Source of the DNA: Methyloglobulus sp.
GTDB lineage: Bacteria > Pseudomonadota > Gammaproteobacteria > Methylococcales > Methylomonadaceae
Reading direction: 5' to 3'
Assembly (NCBI RefSeq): GCF_046714055.1
Contig: NZ_JBKKBJ010000273.1
Location: 1-63,770 of the forward strand
Length of the DNA stretch: 63,770 nt
Below, one piece after another: positions 20,631 through 31,230 of this stretch. How positions within the stretch are numbered: position 1 is the first letter of the stretch; the number at the start of each line of letters is the position of its first letter. The position numbers were made by a program, and so were the translations under genes. Below the pieces are notes generated by a model. The model was not told the origin of the DNA. It saw nothing but the letters and a program-made list of their open reading frames with translations, and ran no database searches.

Positions 20631-21252
20631 AAAGTTACTAATCAGGCTTGGTTTCGGTGTCGTTTGTGAATGTATTCATTGGTTAACTAATGAAAGCGAA
20701 CAGCGTGTACCTGAATTTAATTCGCAAGCTCCCGATTGTGTCTGTGAAAAACACAAGGCAAACAAGTATTCACCAGGTACTGTTGAAAATGCTGAACAAA
20801 TTACTTTGTTTGTATTTCAGCCGATGCATGACATCGATAAAAATGGAAATGCAAAGCCTCGTATCTTTTCACACATAAGTGTTAAGGGACGCTCCGTCCA
20901 ACGTGACACAATTGCAACAAATAATGAATTTTTTAATTTTGTACAGAATTTCCTTGATGACAAAAACGATAGGGCCTGGAAAGGTGTCCTACTAGCAAAA
21001 TGCGATATAGTACGTAACATCCTGATCGAAAATTCCGATAAGCGATCAGTATGTATCTACGACACGGCTGAGAAAGAAAACCCAGCCCATGCTGAAATTT
21101 TCCGAACACAACATATTATTTCTGAGGCGGATAACATTGAATTAAGGCGTAAACTTCTTGCTGCATTCGGTAATGGAAATATTATCCAGCCCAACCACTA
21201 TCGACAAGGAACAATCTGGAATAATCTATCCCGTGAAATTCAAACAAGATAA
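20569..21252 (+). CDS. hypothetical protein, putative ADP-ribosyltransferase-like toxin
   Basis: GRSVQR and YDTAEKENPAHAEI motifs; start codon uncertain. Confidence 0.5.
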   Translation: MYLNLTQKKCQLCSKFSSRLKKLLIRLGFGVVCECIHWLTNESEQRVPEFNSQAPDCVCEKHKANKYSPGTVENAEQITLFVFQPMHDIDKNGNAKPRIFSHISVKGRSVQRDTIATNNEFFNFVQNFLDDKNDRAWKGVLLAKCDIVRNILIENSDKRSVCIYDTAEKENPAHAEIFRTQHIISEADNIELRRKLLAAFGNGNIIQPNHYRQGTIWNNLSREIQTR

Positions 21253-21388
21253 AAAGGTAAATTTTGCAGATTAGATTTGTTTTCTACAGTCCTACATATC
21301 CACCTCAGTAACAATCGGCTTCATGCCGTTTTTTTGCAGTCTGGACATGATGTTATTAACGCTGCCCATTTGACTGTAGGGATCGATT

Positions 21389-21674
21389 TTAACACGGTAT
21401 CAGATCACGCTTTCCACTTTTGCTATCGCAGTGCGAGGTATCACAGACATGGGCTTTGGCAGCAGTATCCGGCGCACAATGTCGGGCGCAGGCCTGGTTT
21501 TTTTCACCGGGTGCATGGCACAATGCTTGGCACAGTCAGTCATGTGCAAAAAGCTTTGTGGGTATCACAGTGCTTTGGTTGAGATTTAGCGGCTAACGCA
21601 CTTGCTGATACAAGAGAAATAGACAGCGAAAGGGAAATCAACAGGTAGTGAATTTTAATAATCGCATCCACCAA
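21389..21674 (-). pseudogene. disrupted small secreted Cys/His-rich protein
   Basis: Signal-peptide-like YLLISLSLSISLVSASALA-AKSQPKHCDTHKAFCT*, then shifted frame LCQALCHAPGEKNQACARHC...VCDTSHCDS...IPC*. Confidence 0.35.
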
Positions 21675-21775
21675 AATTAAAGGAACTTTGATCCTAACAG
21701 ACGGAAACTATACCCTCTAACCTCTTTTAAGAGGGGTTGCATTTATTATATGAATTCAAGCGTTCAAAGATTCCT

Positions 21776-22600
21776 TTATTTCAGCATTCTCAATGCATCA
21801 GTGACAGCGCGGATGTCAGGCATGACCCAGGTCGGCTGGTAATCTGATGCTTTTAGGTCAGCTTCGGTCGATACCCCGGTCAATACCATCAAGCTTCGTA
21901 TCCCTGTGCGCACCGCACCCAAAATATCTGTTTCAAGTTTATCGCCAATAGCGACCGTTTCGGCAAGATCAGTTCCTAGTCTGGCAATCGCCTGCTGATA
22001 CATGATAGGTTCGGGTTTGCCGATAATCGTCGGGCTAACGCCGGTAGCTGTTTCCAACGCCGCCAGGATAGCGCCATTGCCGTGGGTCAAACCGCGTTCG
22101 GTGGGCAGGGTGTTATCCGCATTGGTGCCGATGAATTTTGCACCGGCGCGGATATTCAATGTGGCTGTCGCCAGTTTATCCCAGTTTATCGAATGATCCT
22201 TACCACACACAACCACATCCGCGCCTTTGCTGGTTTCGCTATTGAGTTCATACAGTCCAGTCAACGTAAAACCCTGTTCAATGAGCGCTTGTTCCATGCC
22301 ATCTTCACCTACGACATAAACACGTGTTAGTTTGGGGTCCATGTGCTCAGCCATATACAGGGCAGTTGCCATTGCTGAAGTCATGATTTCTTGTAATTCA
22401 ACAGTAACGCCCATTCCCGTGAGCTTATCCACATATTGTTGTGGTGTAAGACTGGCATTATTGGTTGCCAGAATGAAAGGGATATTCTGGTCGCGTAGGG
22501 TTTGAAAAAAATCGGTCAATCCCGCTATCGGCTGATTACCATGCCACAATACACCATCCATGTCGATGATGAGGGCGCGTATATTGGTGAACGGACTCAT
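21776..22600 (-). CDS. HAD-IIA family hydrolase (NagD-like)
   Basis: IIDMDGVL, ATNN, IGKP and IGDKLETDI motifs; ATG 22600 preferred. Confidence 0.92.
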   Translation of the reverse strand: MSPFTNIRALIIDMDGVLWHGNQPIAGLTDFFQTLRDQNIPFILATNNASLTPQQYVDKLTGMGVTVELQEIMTSAMATALYMAEHMDPKLTRVYVVGEDGMEQALIEQGFTLTGLYELNSETSKGADVVVCGKDHSINWDKLATATLNIRAGAKFIGTNADNTLPTERGLTHGNGAILAALETATGVSPTIIGKPEPIMYQQAIARLGTDLAETVAIGDKLETDILGAVRTGIRSLMVLTGVSTEADLKASDYQPTWVMPDIRAVTDALRMLK

Positions 22601-22755
22601 GGTTATAATTTTCCGCAAAATGCGGTTATTGTCGGGGTAAATTATCTTTAGTTCAAGGGGGATAAAAAATCTCTGCGGATTTCTCCCATTGATTTTGGCA
22701 GCGCATGGATGCACTGCCTAGGCCCTTGATGCAATCAGCGATTCCCTAGCTAAAC

Positions 22756-23442
22756 CTACGTTTTTTTGCGGGCAACGATAACGCCATCACGGGTTGGATT
22801 GATGAAGGAATCGAAATCGGGGTCGCTAAATATTTGTCCATTATGTTCACATATAGCTTCTGTCCAGCCCGGTACGATGTCTTCGTATTCGGTCAGCGCT
22901 ACGCGGCCATGCCATAACACGTTATCGGCAATGTAGAGACCTCCGGGGCGGATGCGTTCTTTTGCCATTTGCCAGACTTCGGGATAATCGCCTTTGTCTA
23001 CGTCGTTATAACAGATGTCGAATAATCCGTCTGTTTGTGCAAAGATGGCTTGCGCCATTCCGGTATGAAAATCGACCGTGTCCCATAAATTGGCAGCGCT
23101 GAGAAATTGTTCGGCTTTCTCCTTGTTGAGCGGGTCGCCATCAGTGCAAATGACCTTTCCTTCTTTTCCAACCGCCCTGGCAAACCAATAGGCAGAGTAT
23201 CCGTATCCGCTGCCAAATTCAAAGACCCGTCTGGCATTGATAGATTTTGCCTGAGCTTCGAGAAAAACGCCAACCAGGCGGTCAACGATGGGGAACTTAC
23301 GTTCCCGTGCCAATGTTTCCATAGCCGATAATACGGGGTGGTCGGTCTTACGCAGCAAGCCACGCATATAGCTTTCAATGGCGGGATTGACCGGAATGAG
23401 CAAAGCCGGGTTATGAAGGGTGGGGGATTGTTTGTCAGTCAT
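22756..23442 (-). CDS. class I O-methyltransferase (caffeoyl-CoA OMT-like)
   Basis: VFEFGSGYGYSA, DVDKGDY and ADNVLWHG motifs. Confidence 0.9.
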   Translation of the reverse strand: MTDKQSPTLHNPALLIPVNPAIESYMRGLLRKTDHPVLSAMETLARERKFPIVDRLVGVFLEAQAKSINARRVFEFGSGYGYSAYWFARAVGKEGKVICTDGDPLNKEKAEQFLSAANLWDTVDFHTGMAQAIFAQTDGLFDICYNDVDKGDYPEVWQMAKERIRPGGLYIADNVLWHGRVALTEYEDIVPGWTEAICEHNGQIFSDPDFDSFINPTRDGVIVARKKT

Positions 23443-23575
23443 TTTGGCATTCCTGTCGCGTTTGGGTAGATGTCAGCATGTCAAGCTTACAAAGATTGTT
23501 ATAATGAATAAAGAGATTTGTAATCTCAAAAAGTTTCCCACAACCCGTTTTTAACGCTTTACAAGGAGTGCGTGC

Positions 23576-24967
23576 TTGACAGAAGTGCAGGATATAACGA
23601 GTCCGATGACGGCATCGGAACGCCGGGCAACCTGGTCTTTGGCCAGTATTTATGCCTTGCGGATGCTTGGCTTGTTTTTGATTATGCCGGTTATGTCGCT
23701 ATTTGCCGAGCAGATGGAAGGCGCTACCCCTTCGTTGATCGGACTGGCGATCGGTATTTACGGCATGAGCCAGGCCGTGTTGCAAATACCTTTTGGCTTG
23801 GTGTCAGACCGTGTTGGCCGGAAAAAAATTATTATTTTTGGCCTGTTATTGTTTTGTTTAGGCAGTGTGATTGCGGCGCTGTCAACCAGCATTTACGGCA
23901 TTGTGCTAGGCCGCGCCGTTCAAGGTTCAGGCGCGATTGCGGCACCGGTGATGGCGTTGTTGGCTGACCTCACGCAGGAAGTGCACCGCACCAAAGCCAT
24001 GGCCTTGATCGGTGCGAGTATTGGCGTTTCGTTTGGGGTGGCTATTGCGGCAGGGCCGGTTATTGCTGGGATCATCGGAATCCACGGCCTGTTTTGGCTG
24101 ATTGCTGTGTTGTCCTTATTGGCGATTTTGGTGATTATATTTTTAGTTCCGCAGCCGCAACAATCGAAAAGGCACAGGGATGCCGAGCTTGTACCCGCAA
24201 CATTTTTTCAAGTGTTAAAAAACGTTGAGTTGTTGCGGTTGAATTACGGCATCTTTATCTTGCACGCCATCTTAACCGCAAGTTTCGTCATAGTGCCTTT
24301 ATTGATGCGGGATGCTGGCCTACTACCAGCCGAACATTGGAAAGCCTACTTGCCAATCTTTGTCTCTTCTTTTGCGGCAATTGTCCCGTTTGTGATCCTC
24401 GCGGAAAAAAAACGGAAACTGAAAGCAGTGTTTTTGGGTGCGATCATCCTATTAATGATGTCCGATTTCGGTTTAATGCAGTTCAATACGACATTAGCTG
24501 GGGTTATAGGCTTCCTCTGGTTGTTTTTTTGTGGCTTTAATTTGCTAGAGGCAATCTTGCCGTCACTCATCTCCAAAACCGCGCCCGGCGATCTGAGAGG
24601 CACAGCCATGGGAATTTATTCTACTTGCCAGTTTTTAGGTGCGGGTATCGGTGGCAGCCTGGGTGGTTGGTGTTATGGTCAATATGGCGCTCCGGCGGTG
24701 TTCCTGCTTTGCGCCTTAGCTGCCTTAAGCTGGTCGCTGTTGTCATTTGGTATGATGCCGCCGCGATATTGGACAAATTTACTTATTTCTTTGCAATCCT
24801 TTACAGACCAACGGGCGGATGAGTTTGCCTCAGAAATGCTTAAACTTCCAGGTGTTGAAGATGTTACCCTGCACTATCAGGAAGGCGTGGCTTATCTGAA
24901 AGTCGATAATCAGCAATTGGATAGGCACGAATTGCAGCAGTTGATCACAAAATACACCCAGGCTTGA
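23576..24967 (+). CDS. YajR-like MFS transporter with C-terminal YAM domain
   Basis: LRMLGLF, SDRVGRK and C-terminal AYLKVD; lies upstream of ssb as is common. Confidence 0.9.
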   Translation: MTEVQDITSPMTASERRATWSLASIYALRMLGLFLIMPVMSLFAEQMEGATPSLIGLAIGIYGMSQAVLQIPFGLVSDRVGRKKIIIFGLLLFCLGSVIAALSTSIYGIVLGRAVQGSGAIAAPVMALLADLTQEVHRTKAMALIGASIGVSFGVAIAAGPVIAGIIGIHGLFWLIAVLSLLAILVIIFLVPQPQQSKRHRDAELVPATFFQVLKNVELLRLNYGIFILHAILTASFVIVPLLMRDAGLLPAEHWKAYLPIFVSSFAAIVPFVILAEKKRKLKAVFLGAIILLMMSDFGLMQFNTTLAGVIGFLWLFFCGFNLLEAILPSLISKTAPGDLRGTAMGIYSTCQFLGAGIGGSLGGWCYGQYGAPAVFLLCALAALSWSLLSFGMMPPRYWTNLLISLQSFTDQRADEFASEMLKLPGVEDVTLHYQEGVAYLKVDNQQLDRHELQQLITKYTQA

Positions 24968-25038
24968 TACAAGGGTGCGATGAACATTTCCCTAATGGAA
25001 TCCACGCATTACCACAAATGAATAGATGAGGAGAGACC

Positions 25039-25524
25039 ATGTTAAATAAAGTGACGTTGATAGGAAACCTCGGCGCTGACCCAGAGGTTCGTTTTATGCC
25101 TAATGGCGGTTCTGTAGCCAATATCAGTTTAGCTACAACAAGACGCTGGAAAGATAAGCAAACGGGGGAACGAAAGGAAGCGACTGAATGGCATCGGGTT
25201 GTTTTTTTCAATCGTTTAGCCGAAATCGCCGGTGAATATTTGAAGAAGGGTAGCCAAGTTTATGTGGAAGGCCGCCTGCAAACCCGTAAATGGCAAGGAC
25301 AGGATGGACAAGACCGTTACACAACAGAAATTCTGGCCGATGAAATGCACATGCTGGGTAGCCGTAGTGGCGGTACCAGCCATTTTGGAGCCGAACAAGC
25401 GCATACGAGCCATGCTGCTATGCCTGGTAATCAGCAAGGATCATCACCACAAAACAATCCAGGTGCTGTGCCGCCGCCTTTGGCAGCCGATTATGACGAT
25501 TTTGATGACGATATCCCTTTTTAA
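25039..25524 (+). CDS. ssb: single-stranded DNA-binding protein
   Basis: [14 protein letters not shown]...TEWHRV...DDDIPF. Confidence 0.99.
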   Translation: MLNKVTLIGNLGADPEVRFMPNGGSVANISLATTRRWKDKQTGERKEATEWHRVVFFNRLAEIAGEYLKKGSQVYVEGRLQTRKWQGQDGQDRYTTEILADEMHMLGSRSGGTSHFGAEQAHTSHAAMPGNQQGSSPQNNPGAVPPPLAADYDDFDDDIPF

Positions 25525-26484
25525 GGACGTTCTACTACAACAGCGCTTCAATACCCGTCCGCTATCAAAGTCGGCGGTTATCTACCCGTATATAAAATCA
25601 ATCAAACTCTTTGGGTTGACATGTCAATTTAGGCATGGATATTGTTTCACGTACAATTATTTTGTAAAGTTAGTTGGACACCGCAGTAGTTGACTGGATT
25701 ATCTGGCTGTTTTCTTCTGAAAATAATTTTAAAATTATTAAAAACAATCAGTTAAACATAAGCAATCAATTGAAATTAGCCGCATTAATTAATCAAGGCT
25801 GAGCGAGACAGATAAAAAATTACCTGATTACGTATAAGACTCAGCTACTTTAGAAACTGCAAGTAGGCGAAACTCTTGATTTAATGGTCTACGCTATTTT
25901 TTCGAGTTGAATAACGGGCTAAAAAAACGAGAAATTCGAACTTTTTATTGACCAGTAAAGTTTCGGTTGCATTCCAGTTTATATTAAATATATATAAATC
26001 AGTCTGTTATATAAATGTTCTTTTTGTTAAAGTTAGCTGAAACTTATACGTAATCAGAAAAAATTAAGTAAAGCAGGGGCAAACAAGCCAATAACATTGT
26101 CTATGTTTTGTATAAATATTATTTGACAATATAAAATCCTATTGGTAAATTAAACCCGAATTCGAAATTAAGGGGAGTAATGATTAATTCAAGACTTTTC
26201 GCAGTGCATGGATGAATGCCAAAATGAATGATTGTAACCCATTGGTTTTTTTATACAAATGGCTTGTAGCAGTTGCTTTCGGTGACTGCTGAATAAATCC
26301 AGGATGGATGTATTTAGCGTTTTCTTAGCGGTGCAAATGAAAATTTTTAAAACTAAAAGGTCAATAACTTGTCTTATTCTTGACAAGGGTTAATTTTGCC
26401 TGATTATCTGTTATTAAGTGACTACGGATGGAAATTTAACTGCTCATGTTTGTTATAAGCAATGTTTGCGAGGAGTTTGGTGTC

Positions 26485-27888
26485 ATGAGACTATTAACTG
26501 AGTATATGTCTGTGCCAGAAGCCAACGGGTCTGTTGTTGCTAATAGCACCTTGATTGATAGAAAATCTTCTTTAACAAACAAAGAGGTGGATAGCGTTGA
26601 GAACCGAAACTTACAGCTAGCACGGCTGGTAGAAGAACATAAGGCCCAATTAATTGATGCATTGTCCAAATTCCCCGTGACTGCTTTGTGGGTGTTCAGT
26701 AAATATGAACAAGTCTCCGACAAAGATGAGCAAGAGGATGAAACTAATGTGCCATCAGAATTTAAGGATTTTTTGAAGGATATTAAAAAACATTATCAAT
26801 CTGTCAGTCAGTCCGCTTCCGGTAAAGCCAAAAATGAAGAAGTTTACGCCAACGCCAAGCGGCGTTTAATGTTTGCAGTCCGGCAGTTTCCCTTTGCTTT
26901 TGAGGATTTGGTAAAGCTTGTCGATATTGTCACTTACGCGTTCAAATTCAGGGGGATTTCATTTAAACCAGACCATTCCCAAGGAAAGAAACAATCCGGT
27001 ATTATTTTAAAGCGGTTACAAGGAGTGGCACGACGCGGCAGTCCAAGCCTGGCAGAGCGGTTCAAGGCGATGGATTTGCACCAGCATGAGAAACAGTTTT
27101 TGTTTTTGTCTACCAGTGAAATGAGCAAACTCCTTGCTGATGTTGTGTTGGCAGAGCATTATTGGTTGGCTTACAGGCAGCAATTAGCCACAGTCAATTC
27201 AAAACTCGTGTTGTTTATAGCTAACCAATACAAGGGCAATTTCCTTGATTTTGACGATCTAGTCCAGGAAGGTCATACCGGTTTGCTCAAGGCTGTAGAC
27301 AGGTTTAAATACCGTTTAGGTTTTCAGTTTTCTACTTATGCCGGTTATTGGATCAGACAAGCCATTTCCCGTTCCTTGTCCCGTTCGGAAAGGGTAGTGC
27401 GTATACCCTGCGGGCAAATCGCCACCATCAACAGGCTGTTCCGGGCAAAGGATGAGATTACCCTTAAAACCGGCAAAAAGCCCAGCATTCAAGAATTAGC
27501 TGAGTACACCTTGTTATCCCAAGACGAAGTCAACAACATCTTATCCATATCGCAACCTGCCGTTGCTTGGGAGATTTTTGACGATGACGAAGACAAACAG
27601 TCTTTTGCGCCTATAGATTTTTTGGAACAAAAAGTTTTTATCCATCCCTACAGTAGGATTGCGGATGCACAGTTACAAGGTTTAGTGAATACCGCTATCA
27701 AGACATTGAACCCGAGAGAAGCAAAAATTATCTGTTCACATTTCGGGGTAGGAACAGATCAGCAAATGACTTTGCAGGAAATAGGTGCAGAACTGAATCT
27801 GACCAGGGAAAGGGTCAGGCAGATTCAGGTAGTGGCACTGAACAAAATCAAAATGCGCTACGGTGAGCAATTATTGAGTTTTTTGTGA
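26485..27888 (+). CDS. RpoD/RpoS-like sigma-70 factor with divergent N-terminus
   Basis: DLVQEGHTGLLKAVDRF, FSTYAGYWIRQAI and TLQEIGAELNLTRERVRQI motifs; GAGGAG before ATG 26485. Confidence 0.88.
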   Translation: MRLLTEYMSVPEANGSVVANSTLIDRKSSLTNKEVDSVENRNLQLARLVEEHKAQLIDALSKFPVTALWVFSKYEQVSDKDEQEDETNVPSEFKDFLKDIKKHYQSVSQSASGKAKNEEVYANAKRRLMFAVRQFPFAFEDLVKLVDIVTYAFKFRGISFKPDHSQGKKQSGIILKRLQGVARRGSPSLAERFKAMDLHQHEKQFLFLSTSEMSKLLADVVLAEHYWLAYRQQLATVNSKLVLFIANQYKGNFLDFDDLVQEGHTGLLKAVDRFKYRLGFQFSTYAGYWIRQAISRSLSRSERVVRIPCGQIATINRLFRAKDEITLKTGKKPSIQELAEYTLLSQDEVNNILSISQPAVAWEIFDDDEDKQSFAPIDFLEQKVFIHPYSRIADAQLQGLVNTAIKTLNPREAKIICSHFGVGTDQQMTLQEIGAELNLTRERVRQIQVVALNKIKMRYGEQLLSFL

Positions 27889-28141
27889 GGAAAATCTCAA
27901 GTTTAATGATGCTTCTTTACAGATAATGGAAAAGCAAAACATAATACGAAAATATGAATAAGCGACTGAAAAACCTATTAAAATAGTGAGCTTTTTTGTT
28001 TTTTGGTAAATACTTGACTCTGAAGGCATTGTGACAACTATGCTGTGTGGGTTTTAAGAGTGTTGGAAAGCAGTAACAAAAAGGAACGTCTCAAATCAAA
28101 ACTATAGGCCTCAGTAAAATGAAGTTGGGAGAAAAACAATC

Positions 28142-30040
28142 ATGAAGAGATATATATTGAACACATTGCTCTGGACTGTTGTGTTTACGGGCGCTTTTTT
28201 AATATACAACAGGATAAATGCCACACCGCCGGTACAGGATTCACTTGCCTATTCGGAGTTTATAGCCAAGGTCAAAAGCGGCCAGGTCGATCGTGTTGAT
28301 ATTTCCGGCACTACAATTAAGGTGCGTACGTCCGATGGTCAAAATCTAGTGACTTTCAATCCGGGTGACGATCACCTGATTGATGACCTTTTGAGTGCGG
28401 ATGTCCAAATCAGGACGACAGCGCCTCCACAACAGTCGATGTTGATGCAGATTTTTATCTCCTGGTTTCCTATGTTGCTGTTGATTGTCGTGTGGATCGT
28501 CTACATGCGTAGGACCCAAGGCGGCATGGGCGCCAACCAGTTTGGCAAAAGCAAGGCCAAGATGCTTGAAGAAGACAAGATGACGGTCAAATTTGCCGAT
28601 GTGGCGGGTTGTGAAGAAGCCAAAGAGGAAGTCGCCGAACTGGTTGATTTTCTTAGGGATCCGCAAAAATTCCAAAAACTGGGGGGAATGATACCAAGAG
28701 GCATATTGATGGTAGGGCCTCCAGGTACAGGTAAAACGCTGCTTGCAAGGGCGATTGCCGGTGAAGCGGGTGTGAAGTTTTTCATCATCTCAGGCTCGGA
28801 TTTCGTTGAAATGTTCGTCGGTGTCGGTGCATCCAGGGTTAGGGATATGTTCGCACAGGGCAAAGAACATGCGCCTTGTATCATTTTTATCGACGAAATT
28901 GACGCAGTAGGTCGCCAAAGAGGCGGAGCGGGTTTAGGTGGCGGTAATGACGAACGCGAACAAACACTTAACGCATTGCTGGTAGAATTGGATGGTTTCA
29001 CGGGTAACGAAGGCGTCATCGTAATTGCCGCAACCAACCGCGCTGACGTACTCGACAAAGCCTTGCTAAGGCCTGGCCGTTTCGACCGCCAAGTGACCGT
29101 TGGTTTGCCCGATGTCAAAGGCAGGGAGCAAATTTTGAACGTACACATCAAAAAAGTCCCTGTGGGTGATGATGTGGAGCTTAAAAACATAGCCAGGGGA
29201 ACGCCCGGTTTTTCCGGCGCAGACCTCGCCAATATCATCAATGAGGCAGCGCTTTTAGCCGCGCGTTCCAACAAGCAGAAAGTGGGCATGAACGAGCTGG
29301 AAAAAGCCAAAGACAAGATCTTGATGGGTGCTGAAAGGCACACCATGGTCATGACTGAAGATGACAAAAGGCTCACCGCTTACCATGAAGCCGGGCATTG
29401 TATTGTCGGCCAAATGTCCCCCGATCACGATCCGGTTTACAAGGTCAGTATCATGCCTAGAGGCAGGGCATTGGGTATCACCATGTTCTTGCCAGAACGG
29501 GACCAATACAGCGCCAGTAAACGGAAACTGGAAAGCCAGATAGCTAGCCTGTTTGGTGGCCGTATCGCAGAGTTGATGATTTACGGGGGAGATCGTGTAA
29601 CGACAGGCGCTTCCAACGACATCGAACGGGCGACTGAATTGGCACGCAATATGGTGACGCGCTGGGGTTTTTCCGACATTATGGGTCCTTTGGTATATGG
29701 TGAAGAAGGCGGTCAACCGTTCATGGGTTACTCTTCGTCAGGAAGTAAGATATCTAATTCTGTGCAAGACAAAATCGATGAAGAAATTCGTTCTGTTATC
29801 GATAAAAATTACAAGAAGGCAGAAACCTTATTGCAGGATAATATCAGTATTTTGCACAAGATGGCAGATGCCTTGATGAAATGGGAAACCATCGACAAAT
29901 CCCAAATCGACGATTTGATGGCGGGTAAGGATCCAAAACCACCGGTCGATACAAACGATTCATCAAACAAGCCTGACAACACACCAAAACAGGACGCCAC
30001 AATTAAGCCCGATCTAACGAAACCTGCCGGACAAGTTTGA
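28142..30040 (+). CDS. ftsH: ATP-dependent zinc metalloprotease FtsH
   Basis: Two TM segments, [20 protein letters not shown] and HEAGH motifs. Confidence 0.97.
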   Translation: MKRYILNTLLWTVVFTGAFLIYNRINATPPVQDSLAYSEFIAKVKSGQVDRVDISGTTIKVRTSDGQNLVTFNPGDDHLIDDLLSADVQIRTTAPPQQSMLMQIFISWFPMLLLIVVWIVYMRRTQGGMGANQFGKSKAKMLEEDKMTVKFADVAGCEEAKEEVAELVDFLRDPQKFQKLGGMIPRGILMVGPPGTGKTLLARAIAGEAGVKFFIISGSDFVEMFVGVGASRVRDMFAQGKEHAPCIIFIDEIDAVGRQRGGAGLGGGNDEREQTLNALLVELDGFTGNEGVIVIAATNRADVLDKALLRPGRFDRQVTVGLPDVKGREQILNVHIKKVPVGDDVELKNIARGTPGFSGADLANIINEAALLAARSNKQKVGMNELEKAKDKILMGAERHTMVMTEDDKRLTAYHEAGHCIVGQMSPDHDPVYKVSIMPRGRALGITMFLPERDQYSASKRKLESQIASLFGGRIAELMIYGGDRVTTGASNDIERATELARNMVTRWGFSDIMGPLVYGEEGGQPFMGYSSSGSKISNSVQDKIDEEIRSVIDKNYKKAETLLQDNISILHKMADALMKWETIDKSQIDDLMAGKDPKPPVDTNDSSNKPDNTPKQDATIKPDLTKPAGQV

Positions 30041-30053
30041 GGTGCGCTCATTA

Positions 30054-30076
30054 GGGGGCTTCGGTTCCCATTTTTT
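30054..30076 (+). terminator. intrinsic terminator of ftsH
   Basis: GGGGGC-TTCG-GTTCCC followed by ATTTTTT. Confidence 0.7.
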
Positions 30077-30141
30077 GTCTAAGCCCCACGAAATCACCCT
30101 TAATCCGGTTTTTGGCTCTTCTCTTGCGAAATTCTATTGAT

Positions 30142-30204
30142 GGGAACCTCTAAAAATATCCTCTCCCGGAGGGAGAGGGGGGTTTTGAATTTTTAGAGGT
30201 TTCC
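30142..30204. mobile_element. 63-bp IS5-type MITE
   Basis: TIRs GGGAACCTCTAAAAAT / ATTTTTAGAGGTTTCC, TGAT duplicated on both flanks, internal CCTCTCCC-GGA-GGGAGAGG hairpin. Confidence 0.8.
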
Positions 30205-30430
30205 TGATCTGAATGCCAAGCTAAAAACTTCTAGCAGTTTAGTACCAAAATTAAATGGTAATGTCTACTGAACCCTTAAGCGGCTTTATCCAAAACAATT
30301 TTTCTATTGTCCAGATTGGGTTGGTTAGACCCTCTTAATTCGTTCCAATAGTGTATAAATACATGGGTAGCTTTTCAATATAAGTAAAAAACGCTATAAT
30401 GGGCATTTTTTATTGGTGCTTATAGCGCCC

Positions 30431-30488
30431 CCTTGCTTCACCACTTCCGCTCATAGGTGGGTGGGAGGCCTTAACCATAAGGAAAATT
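30431..30488 (+). promoter_or_regulatory. probable S6:S18 ribosomal-protein leader
   Basis: CCTTGCTTC...GGAGGC...CCATAAGGA upstream of rpsF, as in gammaproteobacterial rpsF leaders; TATAAT at 30395-30400. Confidence 0.65.
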
Positions 30489-30968
30489 ATGCGACATTAT
30501 GAGATTGTTTTTTTGGTTCATCCCGACCAAAGTACACAAGTTCCAGCGATGATTGACCGTTATAAGGCTATTGTCGAATCTGCGTCCGGTACTATACACC
30601 GCCTGGAAGACTGGGGGCGTAGGCATTTGGCGTATCCCATCAAGAAAATTCACAAAGCCCATTATGTCTTGATGAACATAGAATGTGACCAGGCAATCCT
30701 TGCTGAATTGGAGAGCGGCTTTCGTTTCAATGACGCGATTCTGCGCAGCATGACCCTCTTGCAAAAATCTGCGATTACCGGAGTTTCTGCTATCTCCATT
30801 GCAATCGCAGAAGAAAACAAAGTTGCAGAAGCCAGGGCTAAAGGCTTATTGGCAAAAGAAGCGGCAGTTGCATCTGAAACTGCTGTCATTGAAGGCGAAA
30901 TTGATCTTGATGATCTTGTTGATGAAGATCTTGATGCAGGTGAAATCGATCCAGAAGACGGTATTTAA
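30489..30968 (+). CDS. rpsF: 30S ribosomal protein S6 with long acidic tail
   Basis: [15 protein letters not shown]...[13 protein letters not shown]. Confidence 0.99.
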   Translation: MRHYEIVFLVHPDQSTQVPAMIDRYKAIVESASGTIHRLEDWGRRHLAYPIKKIHKAHYVLMNIECDQAILAELESGFRFNDAILRSMTLLQKSAITGVSAISIAIAEENKVAEARAKGLLAKEAAVASETAVIEGEIDLDDLVDEDLDAGEIDPEDGI

Positions 30969-30991
30969 TTGAGGGGATAACGAGGAATATT

Positions 30992-31216
30992 ATGGCACGT
31001 AACATTAGACGAAAAAAATTCAGCCGCTTCAGTGAAGGCGGAACGGAAATTGATTACAAAGACCTGGATTTGTTGAAGGATTACATCACTGAAACAGGTA
31101 AGATTGTACCCAGCCGTATTACGGGTACCAGCGCTAAGCACCAAAGAGAACTTTGCGTAGCCATCAAGCGGGCACGCATGGTTGCCTTGCTCCCTTACTG
31201 CGACGCACACAAGTAA
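30992..31216 (+). CDS. rpsR: 30S ribosomal protein S18
   Basis: IDYKDL...[13 protein letters not shown]...AIKRAR. Confidence 0.99.
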   Translation: MARNIRRKKFSRFSEGGTEIDYKDLDLLKDYITETGKIVPSRITGTSAKHQRELCVAIKRARMVALLPYCDAHK

Positions 31217-31230
31217 CACATAAGAATCGT

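Noticed and set aside
28501-29376. Long antisense ORFs (e.g. 291 aa opposite ftsH, 241 aa opposite metH, 211 aa opposite the DAACS gene)
   Set aside because: Shadow ORFs of conserved genes with no recognisable motifs.
30890-30965. GATCTTGAT micro-repeats at the rpsF 3' end
   Set aside because: They encode the ordinary acidic S6 tail.
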